A stretch of 63,768 nt of DNA, the filler included, from Craspedostauros australis (Eukaryota): assembly GCA_030167865.1 (NCBI GenBank). It is 9 parts of 9 records of this genome, joined end to end, with 100 filler letters (N's around TTAATTAATTAA, not from the genome) between each part and the next. Parts side by side here need not be neighbours in the genome. Positions count along the whole stretch, not along the records: positions 1 to 12,929 come from JALAGF010004875.1; 8 more parts are not named here. One strand, 5' to 3'. Shown here piece after piece: positions 1 to 13,029 of the stretch. Below the pieces are notes generated by a model. The model did no database searches and was not told the origin of the DNA. It saw only the letters and a list, made by a program, of their open reading frames with translations. The position numbers and the translations under genes are program-made. Each line of letters opens with the position of its first letter. Position 1 is the first letter of the stretch.

Positions 1-3000
1 AGATTGCAAGATTGTGAGATTGTGAGATGAATGAGGAGTGAAGAGTGGAAGTCGATTTGAGTTGACGATCTTTGTTGGTGTTTGTGTGTTGTTTGTGTGT
101 TGTGTGTGTGGCGTTTGCGTTGTGGTAGTCCGTTATTGACACCGTCGATACCGTTGACACTGTTGACACGGTTGATGCTGGTGTTGGAGTTGTGGATGTT
201 CTCGTTGCGGTGGAGTGGAGATGGTGTGGATACCCCACTCCACACTTCTCCAATGTTCCTATTTCTCGGACTACAGCAGAGAAGATACTCACCTTTACCT
301 TCGGCGCAACTCGCCTTCACCCATGGTCTGACAGAAAACAAACATGAAACATGAGAGATGAAGCATCAGCGATGGTTTGGCTCCGCATCTTTGATTTTGG
401 TGGGTTGCGGACTGTCATTGTTGCTGCCACTGTTCTGCCTTTTGATGATCGTCTTCACCTTTGTGACGGAATTTGTGAGTACGGTTGACTTTGGCGACAG
501 CGTGTCATGCTTTCCAAGATTGACCGGTATGTCGTGCGACATCGTGTCTGGCCTAAATAGCTGTTGGAGCCAAGATCCCACTACCGGGTCGATATGGTCG
601 AATGAACGTGCTCGCTCGTTTGTGGGATCGGTCCTGCTCGGTGTCACGTTTTGAGAGAGCGGAGTGATGCCAATCACAACGGATCATCGCATTGTTTGTT
701 GTGAGAAGGATGTGTTGTGAGCCAAACGGTGATTGTCACGTGTGCGTGCATGCGCGCACTTGCCTTTCGCGCACTGGGGTATGCATGTGTAACAGTAGCG
801 AGTCGCTGTTGGGCGATGAGTTGTTTGTCCGTTTGTCAGTCTGTCCTTTCTTGTGTTTGTGGTTTGTGTTGTTCCAGATGTGACCGTGTAAGTTGGTAGC
901 CAGTTGATCAAATGTGACTGTTGATGAGATGTGGCCGTGGATTGAAATGGGCCGTTGATGGAACACGAACAACAACAACAACAACAACAACAACAATCAA
1001 ACTCAGCAATCGATGGGCAGAATGTGATGGACCAACTCACAGCCGAATAGAGTAATGGAAGAATCAATCGGGCGATCCTGATGAGATGGCCTCGAAAGAC
1101 ATGGTATTTCCTTTCTGATGGTGACTCCCGGTATTGCGGATCACCTCTTCCATCCATTCATCTTGACGCAACAGGTGTGTTGCCTCGTGATGCTTGCATC
1201 TGTCTCGACAAGTGCTTCCGCCGATCGTCTGCGTTTGGGGCAGCACAACCTTGTCGTAGGCGCTGTGATACGACGCCGGAGTTAAAAGAGTCACTGTATT
1301 GCTTTGCTCGTTCGGATGCTCCGGAGGCGTTCCGACCCCAATTCCGTGATGCGATGCGATGCTGCTACCAAGTGCATGGACTTGCCAAGCCTCACCGATC
1401 CCGAGAACGCGTAGCTGTTGGTCAATAGCGGATACAAGAGCGAGGCATACATGCGTGGAACAAGAAGGCAAAGGCGATAACCCGATGCTCCCATCGTCAT
1501 TCGCACAAGGGCAGCGACAGACATCCGCTCACAGCTGTAAAACGACGACGTAGAGCGCGAGATCGTTTGAGCAACGTGTGCAACACGTGAACCGAAACAC
1601 TGAAATGTTGCGACTCTGGCATCGTTTTCGCACCCCGTGCGATGCGTGATGCATGATGCGGTCAGCATCTTGCGACGCCACAGTGATGGATGATCAAAGC
1701 GTATGAAGCCGAAAGAGGATCGTCGTTTCGAAGTCGCGGCGGGAGCATGAGCACAAGCCTGGCGGCGCAGCGCTGGTGATGGTTTCGCCTTTTGGTTGCG
1801 GCGTGCGATTTTGTGACGGCGACAAGTTGTGGATAGAACCGTTATAAAACGTTATATTCAAATTATGGAATATCATCAAGCGCAGTTTTGTCTCTCGCTC
1901 TTCTTCCGCCCACCTCTCTCGTCTCCTCTTTCTTGACGGTATGCAGGGCAGCATCCTAATTCTACAATTCTACATTTTCGAGTATGATGCTATACCGTAT
2001 TATAAATCAGCGCGTTTCATTCATGCTCTAGAGGTGCGATACGTCAGTCAGCACGGACACCTCGTCGTCCTCGGCGCCACCAATGTCGCCATCGTTCCGA
2101 CGTTCAAATTCTGTGGGAGGCCTTGGTGATATGTGCGTATCATCGCCGTGTGTCAATGCTTCAGTGGGTGTTGTGTGAACCGAGCTGCTGTGTACTGCAC
2201 GACTACTCTGACATTGTCTTTTAGTTTGCGTGGATCAAGTTGTACTGGCTGCAGAAATCAAAAGTCGAGATGCCGGCGCCCAGGATACATGCATGCAGAT
2301 ATAGTACCGTGGAGCTTGTACTCTACCAGCTCCTGAAGCCAGCTGCAGACATGGCTCATTCGACGAATTGGCTTCTGTTTGTGACGAATGGCAACCAATC
2401 GGACTGCTTTCCACATGAGTGTTAGTGGTGCTCCCTGCCGTCGGTGTCTCCAATGTACGGCGATCATGTACAAGTATAATACGGAGGAGGTCGGAGCATG
2501 GATACCGCAACCGGTTGATGGGATTGAAATACAGAACTACACGGTGACATTGGCAGAGTAGAAGTGCACGGCGCAATTGTCTGAAGTTGTTAGCGAATGT
2601 CAATGCTTACTCTCTCCTACGAGCGATGGTATGGCACCATGCCATGCGTAACCAGTGCTGGTCTTCTCATTGCGGGATGTATCTTTGTACGGTACTGGCG
2701 AGGCTCGCCTACCGCAGCGCCAGAAGGGGGACCTGCTCATCACGACCACACCATGGCGCTATGAGTGTGTACTCTATCCGTACATGTGCAAAACCATAAT
2801 GCATTCCATGCACACAAGATGTGCATGCGAGACATGTGCGCGAATCGCATCGCTCTGTTTGCAACCGGTGGCACCAAGGCTTCAACGTCGCAGGAACACA
2901 GACGGAACGTGACCGCGCCCCTGTTGGTCCTCTTCTGCGCAACAATGCTCTCACGCTTCCCAATCATGTCACGCGCTCGAGGAAATGAGAAACTGTCGGT

Positions 3001-4687
3001 CGCAGAACACGCAGGCGGGTAGGCGTGAACCTGTCTCCCCTGGTTGGTTGGTTGGTTAGTCGGTGTCGCAATTCTCGCGCAAGACCGGTGCAAGAGCGAG
3101 GGATCGCGCCAAAACGAATCCCTGTTGGAACTCCCAACTGCGAATCAATCAAGCACGAGCTACGAGCTGTGTGTACCTATAGTAGTGGTGTGGCATCATG
3201 ACAGAGCATTTCACGACACTTGCTGTCATCGCTTCACTCGTCATTCCAGATGCATTCTACGTGATCGGATAGCATTCGAAGCAAGCAAGCGAGTGAGAGA
3301 CAATGTTGGGTTGGAGTGCCGGCGCAGGGAACCATCGCGAGCTCCCTACCCAATCTGGGTGTCTTTGTGTCTTTGGGGAAGGGATCGTCTTGCTTCTCTA
3401 TCGCTCCTGTCGCGATCACTGTCGTCGTCTTGGTCTTCCTTGTGGTCTGTCTCACTCACCGACATCCCCACTCGTGCGATCTATTGTTCGAGCTACAGGG
3501 CTCATAATTCCCATGGGCGGCTGCGCATCTCATGTAGATGCAGCATGATGCCGCGGTGACAGAGAGGTGGATCGCGATCTTTCGAAGAGGTGACGAAACG
3601 AGGAAGAAATGCAGTCGCGAGAGTTGTTGTTTGTTGCGGCTGGAAACGTAACGAGCATCGGCGTTTGCATCCTCGGCGGATGCGCGTTTCCAAAGAAGCG
3701 GTGAAGGACCGCCTGCGATGAGAGGGCTCGGATGATGCTCGCAGGGCATGATCAGGAATTGTCTGCAGCACTTGGAAATGTCAGTTTGGCCGCCCCTCCT
3801 GGCTTCAATCCCCGCCACGATGCCAAACGCTGCTGATGGACAAGCAACCAAACATCATCGACACCAACATCAACGCCGATAGGTCGTACTATGCCAACAA
3901 CCAAACAGATCGGTGACATCCACCAGAAGGCCAACCGGAACTGCTCGTGGATCGTGGAATAACTTTTCTTTCACCCCACCTGTCCTCGCATCAGGAGGGG
4001 AGTTCGCCGTGCATTTTTTATGCATTTTCTGCTCGCACCTCGGACTCGTCGGCACTTTGTGCCTGTCATCATGTGTCGTTGATGAAGAGATTGGGGGACA
4101 AGCCATTCTTGGCTTGCGATGTCTTGGGCGTTCTTGTCCTGTTAGTTTCTTGCCACACTTCGCGCATCGTCTGGAAGCGGCGGTATCGCACACGTGCGCG
4201 GCACATGTATCGCTTCTGTCACTGACGCATAGGGAAGTGTCACTATCAAAGACGAGCAGCACAGTTGTAGCGTACGAAGTACTATGGCACGGCGCCATTC
4301 CACGCCTTGCTGTTCTACCGGGCGCAATTGACGTTTTCATGCACATATTTCTCCGCCCGGACCTTCATTGGTGCAGACCCGCGCGGGTTCGGAGTGCCAA
4401 CGAAATACAGTTGCAACCAATTCTGCTCACATGTGCGAGTTTGTTCTGGAGGAGGACATTTCCTTGCGCGAATGTGACGACCCAATTACTCCAAATAGCT
4501 TCTTCACACAAGAACAGTGTTGTGGACACGATATCTTCTTCGCCCAGCAACAAGAACAAGAGCGTCCCAATCTTGACACAGCGCTTAATTGTTTCCTGTT
4601 TCGACTTTTCTCTCTGTTTGATCAACGCGGATGACGGACTACCTCCAAGACCAAGGGGATTGAAAGCGCGCCGAGCGTCGCCGCCGA

Positions 4688-4729
<42 letters not shown>

Positions 4730-5220
4730 CAACAACAGTTTCTTTGCGTTGTTTTGGTTTGGCAGAACAGTGGGGACAGATGGACGACTCTTACGCTGTG
4801 GTCACTCATCAGTCGCTGATGTGCCATACCTACTCGTAGAGTACTAGCAGGATGTACAAACACAAGGCAAAACAGATTGCGGTACAAGTACTTCACGATT
4901 CTCCGCGTGGGCGCTTCACACGCAGGAATAACCAACGCGCTAAACACGACGCGGCAAAGTAACTGGCGGGTACAAGTGGGGAAACACTCTCGACAAGACA
5001 TCGCCACCAACATTTGTGGCTGGTACTTTGGGCAACCAGCGGAGCGCGAAAGAGCACAAGCAACAACCAAAACCGAAGCCACACACAAAGACACCAATCC
5101 AACTCACTCACAGGCCGAGACATCACAAGCCAAGACAAGTCAAGACAAACAACAGGTACTCATCCCATTCTCATCCAAGTTGGTAGCCATAGAAGACGAA
5201 CACAGAAGACGAGCGCTACG

Positions 5221-8200
5221 ATGAGCTTTGCATTCAGAAGAGTAGATCAGCGACGATCACGGAACAAGCACGCGTCGGCAATCTCCATCGAGTCCATCAC
5301 GGAGGATGAGTTCTTCGCGCCCAGCAGCACCTGCGAAAGCAACGAGGAGAGCCACGACCTTGGGGAAGACGATCTGCTCGACCAGCATGAGGACAACGAG
5401 CTCAATCAGCTCGACTTTGACCCTTGCAACTTCGTCGGTCGCGAGGAGGAGCTCGAACGGCTCTACTCCATCTACGGCAGGCTGTGCCGCAGGTCTTCCA
5501 CGACGGCAGCCTCGAACGGCAAGGACGTCAAGCTCGTCCTTATCCATGGATACTCTGGGACGGGCAAGTCCGCGCTGGTCGATCGCTTCACGCGGCCGCT
5601 GATTCGGCCTCGCGATGATGCCGATGTCGCCACCAACATGGGCGCCACCAACGAAACCAACGAAACCACTTCAAGTTCGGCAACTGCCTTCACAAATTCT
5701 CGGCGACAGGAAGAACCGGGTGAGGTTGATGAGGGGAAGGAGAGTCACAGTTACTCGCACAGCCACAGATGCACCCCAAATCACAACTCGGGCATTCCCA
5801 AACCTCGCAGAAGTACTCATACCCACATTTCCGCAAAGGACAATTGTCTCCCCAGAAACGTCCCAGGGACACGAACGGGATCATCCATCAAACCATGCCA
5901 CTACTTCCACGGCAAGTACGACCAGTACACCTCCGGAGGCCATCTATCGGCCGTCGTTGATGCCTTCTCCCAGTTCTTCCAACAGCTTGCCGCGGATACC
6001 GCCGACATCGCCGAGCGCGAGCGCATCGTCCACCGCATCAAGCAGCGTCTCGACCACAAGCGACGAGGCCTCCTATGTCGCATGATCCCGCACTTTGGTT
6101 CCCTCTTGAAGAAGCAACAGCACGATGATGCGCAGGACGTCATCGAGACGGCCAGCCAAGTATCCGACAGCTACTTCATGGGCCACACCGAGACGGGATC
6201 CTACCTGCACACGGTCATGAGCAACTCCAACGTGACCCAAAATGCTCTCATGCAGAGAGATACGGGTGACTCCAGCTGGGCACAAATTGTGTACGGGCTC
6301 AAGACGATCATCAAGATTATCTGTAGGGTGGAGAAGCCGCTGGTATTTTACCTCGATGGTAAGTCGCGTTTCGATTGGTGACTACCGGTGCAGGGTCTGC
6401 TAACTTGTGAGGCAGGCTATGGTCCTTCCAACTCTTTCACATCTTCTCATTATCAAAATCTCACCTTGTCATTTCTCACTGTAACCAATGTTGCGATTCT
6501 ATCTATCGATCTATCTATCTACTCGCTCTCCACTCGCAGATTTACAATGGGCTGACGAGCTGTCCATGACGCTCATTGCCGACATCCTCGTGGACTCCTC
6601 GATTCAAAATATGCTCCTGATCGGATCGTACCGCTCCAACGAGGTGGAGGGCAACCCGCAGCATCCACTCAATACGGCTCTATTGCAGTGGAAAGATACC
6701 GGGAAGGCCATCCATGAGATCCATCTGGACAACCTCAACAAGAGGCAGGTGTCAGAATTCCTGGCCCAAAGCCTCCGACTCGAAACGCGCAAGACGAGGG
6801 TGCTGGCCAAAACGCTGCACACCAAAACGGGCGGCAACATCCTCTACATCCGGCAGTCCATCGACGAACTCCGACGTCGCGATATCCTGAAGCGCAACAT
6901 CCATTCGATGCAATGGGAATGGGATGAGCAACGTGTCTCCGCGGAACTCAGTCTGGCGGCCAACATTGTGGATCTCATCACGGCGAAACTGCACGAGCTG
7001 CCGCTGGAGCTTCAGGAATTCCTCATGATCGCATCCTTCCTGCGATCCACATTCAGCCAGGCTGTTCTGGAGGTGTTGATAGAACGGGAGAACGATTATC
7101 GCAAGCAGTCGGCGAGCGGATCCGCCATATTCACTAGTGAGGACACCGATCTTGACGATTATCTGAACCGTGCCGTCCAAGAGGGACTCCTCGAGGAGAT
7201 CACGAACGGTGCCACCGATCAGATGCAGCAACACCAACACCAGCCGCAAACGCCACAGCAGCAGATCGATACGCAGAGCGAGTCTTCGTCACAGGAAGAA
7301 CAAGACAGCAGCGCCATTTCCATCGTGAGGACGAGATATCGCTTCGTTCATGACCGGATCAAGCAGGCTGCCATGTCGCTGATCCCGTCCGGTAGCGAAG
7401 CCGATTACCTGCGTGCACGCATGGGAATGTACCTCATGGAACTCGCCTCCCATCCTGTGCTCGGTCAAGAGTGGATGTGGTTTGTCGCCGCGGACCAGTT
7501 CGAAGAACCAGAAATGACCTCCATGGTGGGCAACGAAGAGAGGCGCGATCTCATGATCACATCGGAGCAACTCATTCAGCTCAATCTCATCGCCGGACAA
7601 ATGGCGGTCAGGGTGTCGGCATTCGTGCCTGCGGCCAAGTACCTGAACCGCGCGCTCAAGTGCCTGCAGCTGTTCATCCCGGATCCGTGGAAGACATGCC
7701 ACGGCCTCACGCTGGAAGTGCACCGCGCCCTGGCCGATACGGAACTTTGTCTAGGCAACTACGAGGCCGGTTCAATCGTCTCCAACACCATCCTGGAGCA
7801 CGCCAACACCGTGTCGGAGCGCGTCATGGTCAACGTGGCTCTTGCAAACGCCTTCGCCCGCGCGCGACGACATCAGGAGGCGTTGAAGTTGACAGTCAAG
7901 TCGATGCGCATGCTGCACAAGTTTCCTGCACGAAATCATTTGCTGTTGGCGATCCGAGACCTTTCGTCCATTAAGAAGTACCTGGACAAGCATACGGATG
8001 AAGACATTCTGAACCTCCCCATCATTCCAGACGGAAAGATCAAGTACACAATGAGCGTGCTCAGTTTGATCACCTCGTCTGCTTTCTTCTCGGGTCAGTC
8101 CGGCACAACCTTCCTGTCATTCCTGCGTCAGATCAAGATGACATTCAAGCATGGTCTGACTGCGGAAAGCGCATGTGCGCTGGCATCACTCGGCAGCTTT

Positions 8201-9448
8201 TTCATGAACTTGACGAATGATCCCGAACGAGGCACCCGGGTCTCGTTGCTTTCGCAGAAGGTGTTCGATGTCACCAAAAGCAAACAGGCCGAGGCATTCT
8301 TCGTGCTGTCGAGATTCCCAAACGTAACGTGCTGGCGCGAGTCGCCGCACGCTTCTCTCCTGCACTTCCGAAGAGGGCAGATGAGCGGGATGGAGACAGG
8401 CGATCTCAAGAACGCCTACCTGTGCTGGTCGAGCTCGTTGCTGATGGCATACGTCCTGGGCATGCCGCTGCAGCGCATCTACGACGCGGGAAAGAACCTC
8501 CTCGCGCAGGGCAACCACTACAGGCTCTCTTCCGTGACGAAGTCCTACCAATTCGTTCAAAACATGCTGGGTCACCTGATGGACTACGAGGACCCCGCAA
8601 CCCGTTGGGAGGACGACGCCAATGTCCCACAGACCAGCGCCATGGATCCATCAGAGCATGCCGAATGGGGCTTCTATTACTGGCGATGCCTCCAGCTCGC
8701 CACATACTTCGGCGAGCTGGAGATGGGCAAGCGCATGATCCAGCCGTGCTGCGATGTGTCCAAGATGGACAACGGCTTCATGACCGAGTCTATCAAGCTG
8801 TTCCACTCATCTCTCATCTACTCACGGTTGGCCCGCAAGACGAAGCAACGCAAGTACCTGAAGCGAGCCAAGCAGATGGTCTCCAAGATGTCGCATGTGA
8901 CGAAGACACGCGGCGGCAACAACCTGCATCGGTACCTCCTGATGAAGGCGGATGCGATGGCGGCCAGTGGCAAGGAGAAGATACCGACCGTGAAGCGGGA
9001 GTACGACAATGCCATTGCCTGCTGCGCGCGATCAGGATACGTCCACGACACCGCGTTGGGATACGAGCTGGCGGCCGAGTACTTTTTGTCGGTGCAAGAG
9101 CAGCAGCGGCAAACGCATCCGGGGTCCGCAGCGTCGGCGAAGAAACCGTCATCGAACAAGAAGCAGCAAACGAACAAGGACCGGGCCAAGGCAAGTTCTC
9201 CCCAATGCATCACAAACGACATCATCAAGGACTACCTGTCCAACTCTGTGTCGCTGTACGATGAATGGGGCGCTAAGGCCAAGGTCGGTCGCATGCTGAG
9301 CAAGTACTTGACGAAATTCCCGGAGCTGGCCTCGTTGGTCGAAGATTCCTCGAAGGGGAAGAAAACCAAGGGACACACCGCAGAAGCCCGCCTCTGCGTC
9401 TCCGCCGCGCACAAGATGTTCGACAAGATCAACCTCGATGTGTTGTAG
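5221..9448 (+). CDS. STAND-type P-loop ATPase (AAA_16-like) with long C-terminal helical/TPR-like region; 2 exons (5221-6358, 6540-9448), about 1348 aa
   Basis: FVGREEEL followed by Walker A LIHGYSGTGKS. A GT..AG intron (6359-6539) restores Walker B VFYLDDLQWAD. Downstream motifs: LLIGSYRSNEV, KTGGNILY, YRFVHDRIKQAA, and terminal YDEWGAKAK. The layout resembles the ATPase part of cyanobacterial HstK-like multi-domain kinases, but no kinase domain is visible. Confidence 0.85.
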
Positions 9449-10037
9449 GGTAGATACACGACACTTTAAAAGGGGATAGCATGTGTAGTCTTCGTAATCG
9501 TGCGGTGGCAGCAGAGCAAGGCAAACGATAGAGAATAATGATAGACATGAGACGACAATTTTGATCAGCCGAATGGCGATGTTCTGTGTCTCTCTGGAGA
9601 GAGAGAGAGAGAGAGAGACCATAGTCTACTGTAGAGGGCTAGGACTCTGTTGGAATGCAACCAGTTGGTGTTGGACCATGAACATTAGTCGGAGAACAGC
9701 AGGGCGGGAAGAATTGCTCCATCGTGGTCGAGGAGTAAATCATCGGAGCACTAAGAGGAGACTACTTCCGCGAATCTAACGAGCGATCAGGAACCGAACA
9801 GGCGCCTTGCACAACATGTCTGCAGAAGCGATCCCTCACCCTTTCTGGTTGGTGGTAGTTTCTCTGTGGCGTCGCTTTCCTTCTGCACCTCGCAATCCAC
9901 CCATTCGCGAACCTTCGCCGCCTTGTTGGACCAGACACCATCACAAGGAAAAGAAGGAGGAACGAAGGAAGCCAAACAAACAAGCAAACAAACAAATAAG
10001 CAAACAAACCAACAACCAACAAGCAAACACCTTCATA

Positions 10038-10400
10038 ATGACCGTAATTGAATGCAAGACGGAGGACGCGTACTACGACGCAATGAGCACCGCCGGCAAC
10101 CGGCTCGTCGTCGTCGATTGCTTTGCCCCGTGGTGTCCGCCGTGCCAGCAAATCGCGCCATTCTTCGAGATGCTATCGAACGAGTACGACTCCAGCAGCT
10201 ACCTCTTCATCAAGGTCGACGTGGATGCCGCCCCCTCGCTGGGCAAGGTCTTGAGCGTGTGGGCCATGCCAACCTTCGTCTTCTTCCGCAACGGCGAACG
10301 CAAGGGTTCCTTCATGGGTGCCAACACGAATATGCTGCGGCGCGGGTTGGACAATGACGGCAACGTTGGTCTGTGTGGTGGAATGTGCGCCATTCAATGA
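10038..10400 (+). CDS. Thioredoxin (120 aa) with C-terminal CaaX motif
   Basis: LVVVDCFAPWCPPCQQIAP active site, FIKVDVD and cis-Pro motif AMPTF. ATG at 10038 follows an A/C-rich leader. The protein ends GLCGGMCAIQ*. Confidence 0.92.
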   Translation: MTVIECKTEDAYYDAMSTAGNRLVVVDCFAPWCPPCQQIAPFFEMLSNEYDSSSYLFIKVDVDAAPSLGKVLSVWAMPTFVFFRNGERKGSFMGANTNMLRRGLDNDGNVGLCGGMCAIQ

Positions 10401-10452
10401 GAGGCGCAAAAGGGAGGGGTCGTTATCAATGGGATGGAGCCCACTGCACGAA

Positions 10453-10489
<37 letters not shown>

Positions 10490-10810
10490 GAGAGATGGGA
10501 CACTCCATTCTTCCAACATTGAGCAGCTGGTCTACGAGTACGTTGTCGCGGATAGCAGCCACGTCAGGAGCAACGACGAGACCAATTAATGGCACTGTAA
10601 ATGGTGAGGGACGGTTGCGCCGATGCGAGTACTTCAACACAGTAATATTCATATTATCATGTGGTCTATTGCTCGAGGTACTCTGTTCAATCTACCCACC
10701 ATGCCATACTATACCATACTCGATGCCAGTACTCGAATGTAAGACGCATAGCACTCGTAGATTCGTCTGCGCGTTGATTCGTTGGCAACGCAACCATCTT
10801 TTGCCCACAA

Positions 10811-12322
10811 TCACGCCTCCAACGTTTGTTCTATCATGGCGAGCCCCGCCTTGGAATCCACGGTGAGCGATTCTGTGCCCACCCAGAACGTGTTGCCAAC
10901 CGCGATGATGTGAGGGAAGTGATCATCGTACTTGCTGCGATCACCATTGAACCACGGCAGGTAGAAGGACGAGAAATCCCAGTACTGTGCACCGGATGCC
11001 AGTTCCAGTGGCACCTCGTCCAGCGTCTCCAATTGCAGCTTCACGCCTTGCATCGACGCAACGAATGCGTCAAAGGCTTCTGTCTTTGCCAGTTTCGTAT
11101 CGAGCATCTGCGGCTTTTGCTGCAGGATCTCGTTGGTCAACGAATCGGAAAAGATGCAACCGGTGAGTCCGGTATCCAAGACCACGGCCACCGGCCTCGA
11201 CAGCTTCGAGACGTCGATCCTGATGGTATTAGTCCTATTGTTGCTAGCGTCGATACTGCTGCTGCTGGCGGTCAGATCCATATCGTTAGATTTGCTGCCA
11301 TTCAGAAAAAGGGCCGGGAATGCCAGCTCGATCACACCCACACATCGCGCGGCGTAGTGGTATAGATCAAGACCGAATCTCGACAGATCGTACAACGGTA
11401 GCAACAGAGCGTTCTGCTCATTTGTATCACGGCGAGAAGAGGGCAGCATGGACTGAGTGGAAATGACGAGGCGGCAATTCTCTCGCTGCGTGCTCGCCAG
11501 CGATACGGCCTTCGCCGTTCCAAAATGGATGCGGAAGGATGTGAAGTTGTGATGCGAGTTGGCCGAAAGCTGCTGCAGGAAGGTGGGGCGGCTATCATGA
11601 TTTGGCATCAATCCCAAGAACACACCACCAGCTTGGCTGGCCATATCATCGGATGCCACACCCACCACAACATCCCGAAGCGGATCCAAACCCAACCCAG
11701 CCAGCGAATACGATGGCGTTTGGTACCAGTCCATCGTTCCCTGCACAGATCCGTACTGCTCCGTCGATTGCGATGAACCAGACGTTGTTGCCGTGGCCGC
11801 GGCGGCCGATAGCAAGGGCGAGAGCAGCGACGGTGACGACGACGACGTCAGCCACGAGACTATTGACCTCGAGCGTGCTCGGGCGGGTGGCGGCCACGCA
11901 ACAGCCAACCCCTCCGATCGCTTCGCAAGCACCATCGAGGGGATCATGACGAACGGGGACCCAGTATCCAAAATGGCGTAGTAGGAGAACGAGCTGGTCA
12001 TCGACTTGTTCCATATCGTTGCCCGCAACGCCCAGCAGCCACCCTTCGGCAGGAACCGCAGTGGCAATGTCACTGTGCATTCATCGGTCAGGAGGGCACC
12101 CGCACCGAAACCGGAATCCGATGGATCAGACAGTGACAGCGATGGTGACGCTGTGCTCATTCTGGTGGTCGTGGTCGTGGTCGTCAACAGCAGCCCTTGG
12201 CCAACCTTGCTGAAGAAGGTCGATCGCGACAACCAATCATCAATCGCAGGTGCGGACCATGCCTTCACCACGTTGGCATGAAGACTCCCAATCAGCAGGA
12301 TCGTCGTTGACCAAAGCACCAT
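10811..12322 (-). CDS. Pepsin-like (A1-type) aspartic protease with N-terminal signal peptide
   Basis: Two catalytic motifs (YYAILDTGSP, VAVVLDTGLTG), a flap-like EQYGSVQG, GGVFLGL and IIAVGNTF. The N-terminus MVLWSTTILLIGSLHANVVKA-W is hydrophobic. The start could alternatively be 12373. Confidence 0.75.
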   Translation of the reverse strand: MVLWSTTILLIGSLHANVVKAWSAPAIDDWLSRSTFFSKVGQGLLLTTTTTTTRMSTASPSLSLSDPSDSGFGAGALLTDECTVTLPLRFLPKGGCWALRATIWNKSMTSSFSYYAILDTGSPFVMIPSMVLAKRSEGLAVAWPPPARARSRSIVSWLTSSSSPSLLSPLLSAAAATATTSGSSQSTEQYGSVQGTMDWYQTPSYSLAGLGLDPLRDVVVGVASDDMASQAGGVFLGLMPNHDSRPTFLQQLSANSHHNFTSFRIHFGTAKAVSLASTQRENCRLVISTQSMLPSSRRDTNEQNALLLPLYDLSRFGLDLYHYAARCVGVIELAFPALFLNGSKSNDMDLTASSSSIDASNNRTNTIRIDVSKLSRPVAVVLDTGLTGCIFSDSLTNEILQQKPQMLDTKLAKTEAFDAFVASMQGVKLQLETLDEVPLELASGAQYWDFSSFYLPWFNGDRSKYDDHFPHIIAVGNTFWVGTESLTVDSKAGLAMIEQTLEA

Positions 12323-12586
12323 GTTCGGCGCGGCCAGGAACACTCCAAGGGAGCATCGCCCCATCACAGCCATCGCGGATGATCGTCATCCGCATCACAG
12401 AGTGTAAGTCTGTAGGAAAGATGGAAGACTGTGTGGATATTGAAGAATGGCCTTCGTCACTGTCCGTGTTGTTGACATCATGGTGTGAAGATTCTGATGT
12501 TGGTGGTGTGGCAGAATCGGATTGCCTCATTTTCGTATCTTTCGAACGCTGACGGTGGGCGCACATATCCATAATGACGTTTTTCT

Positions 12587-12661
12587 TGCGTCCGGACGCA
12601 TTCTCTACGTAGCTTGCGTCCGGACGCAAATTGAACGCTCAGTTTGCGTCCGGACGCAAAT
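12587..12661. repeat. Three copies of the palindrome TGCGTCCGGACGCA at 28-30 bp spacing, running into an N gap
   Basis: Copies at 12587-12600, 12615-12628 and 12645-12658. The third extends to the 18-bp palindrome TTTGCGTCCGGACGCAAA. Confidence 0.85.
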
Positions 12662-12929
12662 NNNNNNNNNNNNNNNNNNNNNNNNNNNNNNNNNNNNNNN
12701 NNNNNNNNNNNNNNNNNNNNNNNNNNNNNNNNNNNNNNNNNNNNNNNNNNNNNNNNNNNNNNNNNNNCCGATTTCGGTCCGAAACCCGAAAGTGGGTTGT
12801 TTTTTTTTCTGACTCCTTCGAGTAACACATTTATTTGGCGATTTAAAAAAAAAAAACCTCGCGATGCAGCACGGCGTCATTGGTCATGTCTCAGGGGTTC
12901 CTTTCCGTGCGCCTGACTTGCTTTTCTGA

Positions 12930-13029
12930 NNNNNNNNNNNNNNNNNNNNNNNNNNNNNNNNNNNNNNNNNNNNTTAATTAATTAANNNNNNNNNNNNNNN
13001 NNNNNNNNNNNNNNNNNNNNNNNNNNNNN
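12930..13029. other. Artificial contig-joining spacer (44 N + TTAATTAATTAA + 44 N); identical spacers at 29578-29677, 31386-31485, 35135-35234, 46567-46666, 52004-52103, 58664-58763, 62344-62443
   Basis: The same 100-bp structure occurs eight times, and the 12-mer puts a stop codon in all six frames. Confidence 0.97.

Noticed and set aside
1..5000. Many 60-300 aa ORFs, including 3913-4839 and a Cys cluster (CAAHVC..RRCAKC) near 4150-4210 on the minus strand
   Set aside because: No coding-like codon bias or complete domain. The poly-Leu is a GTT microsatellite, and the Cys cluster lacks the second half of a MYND finger.
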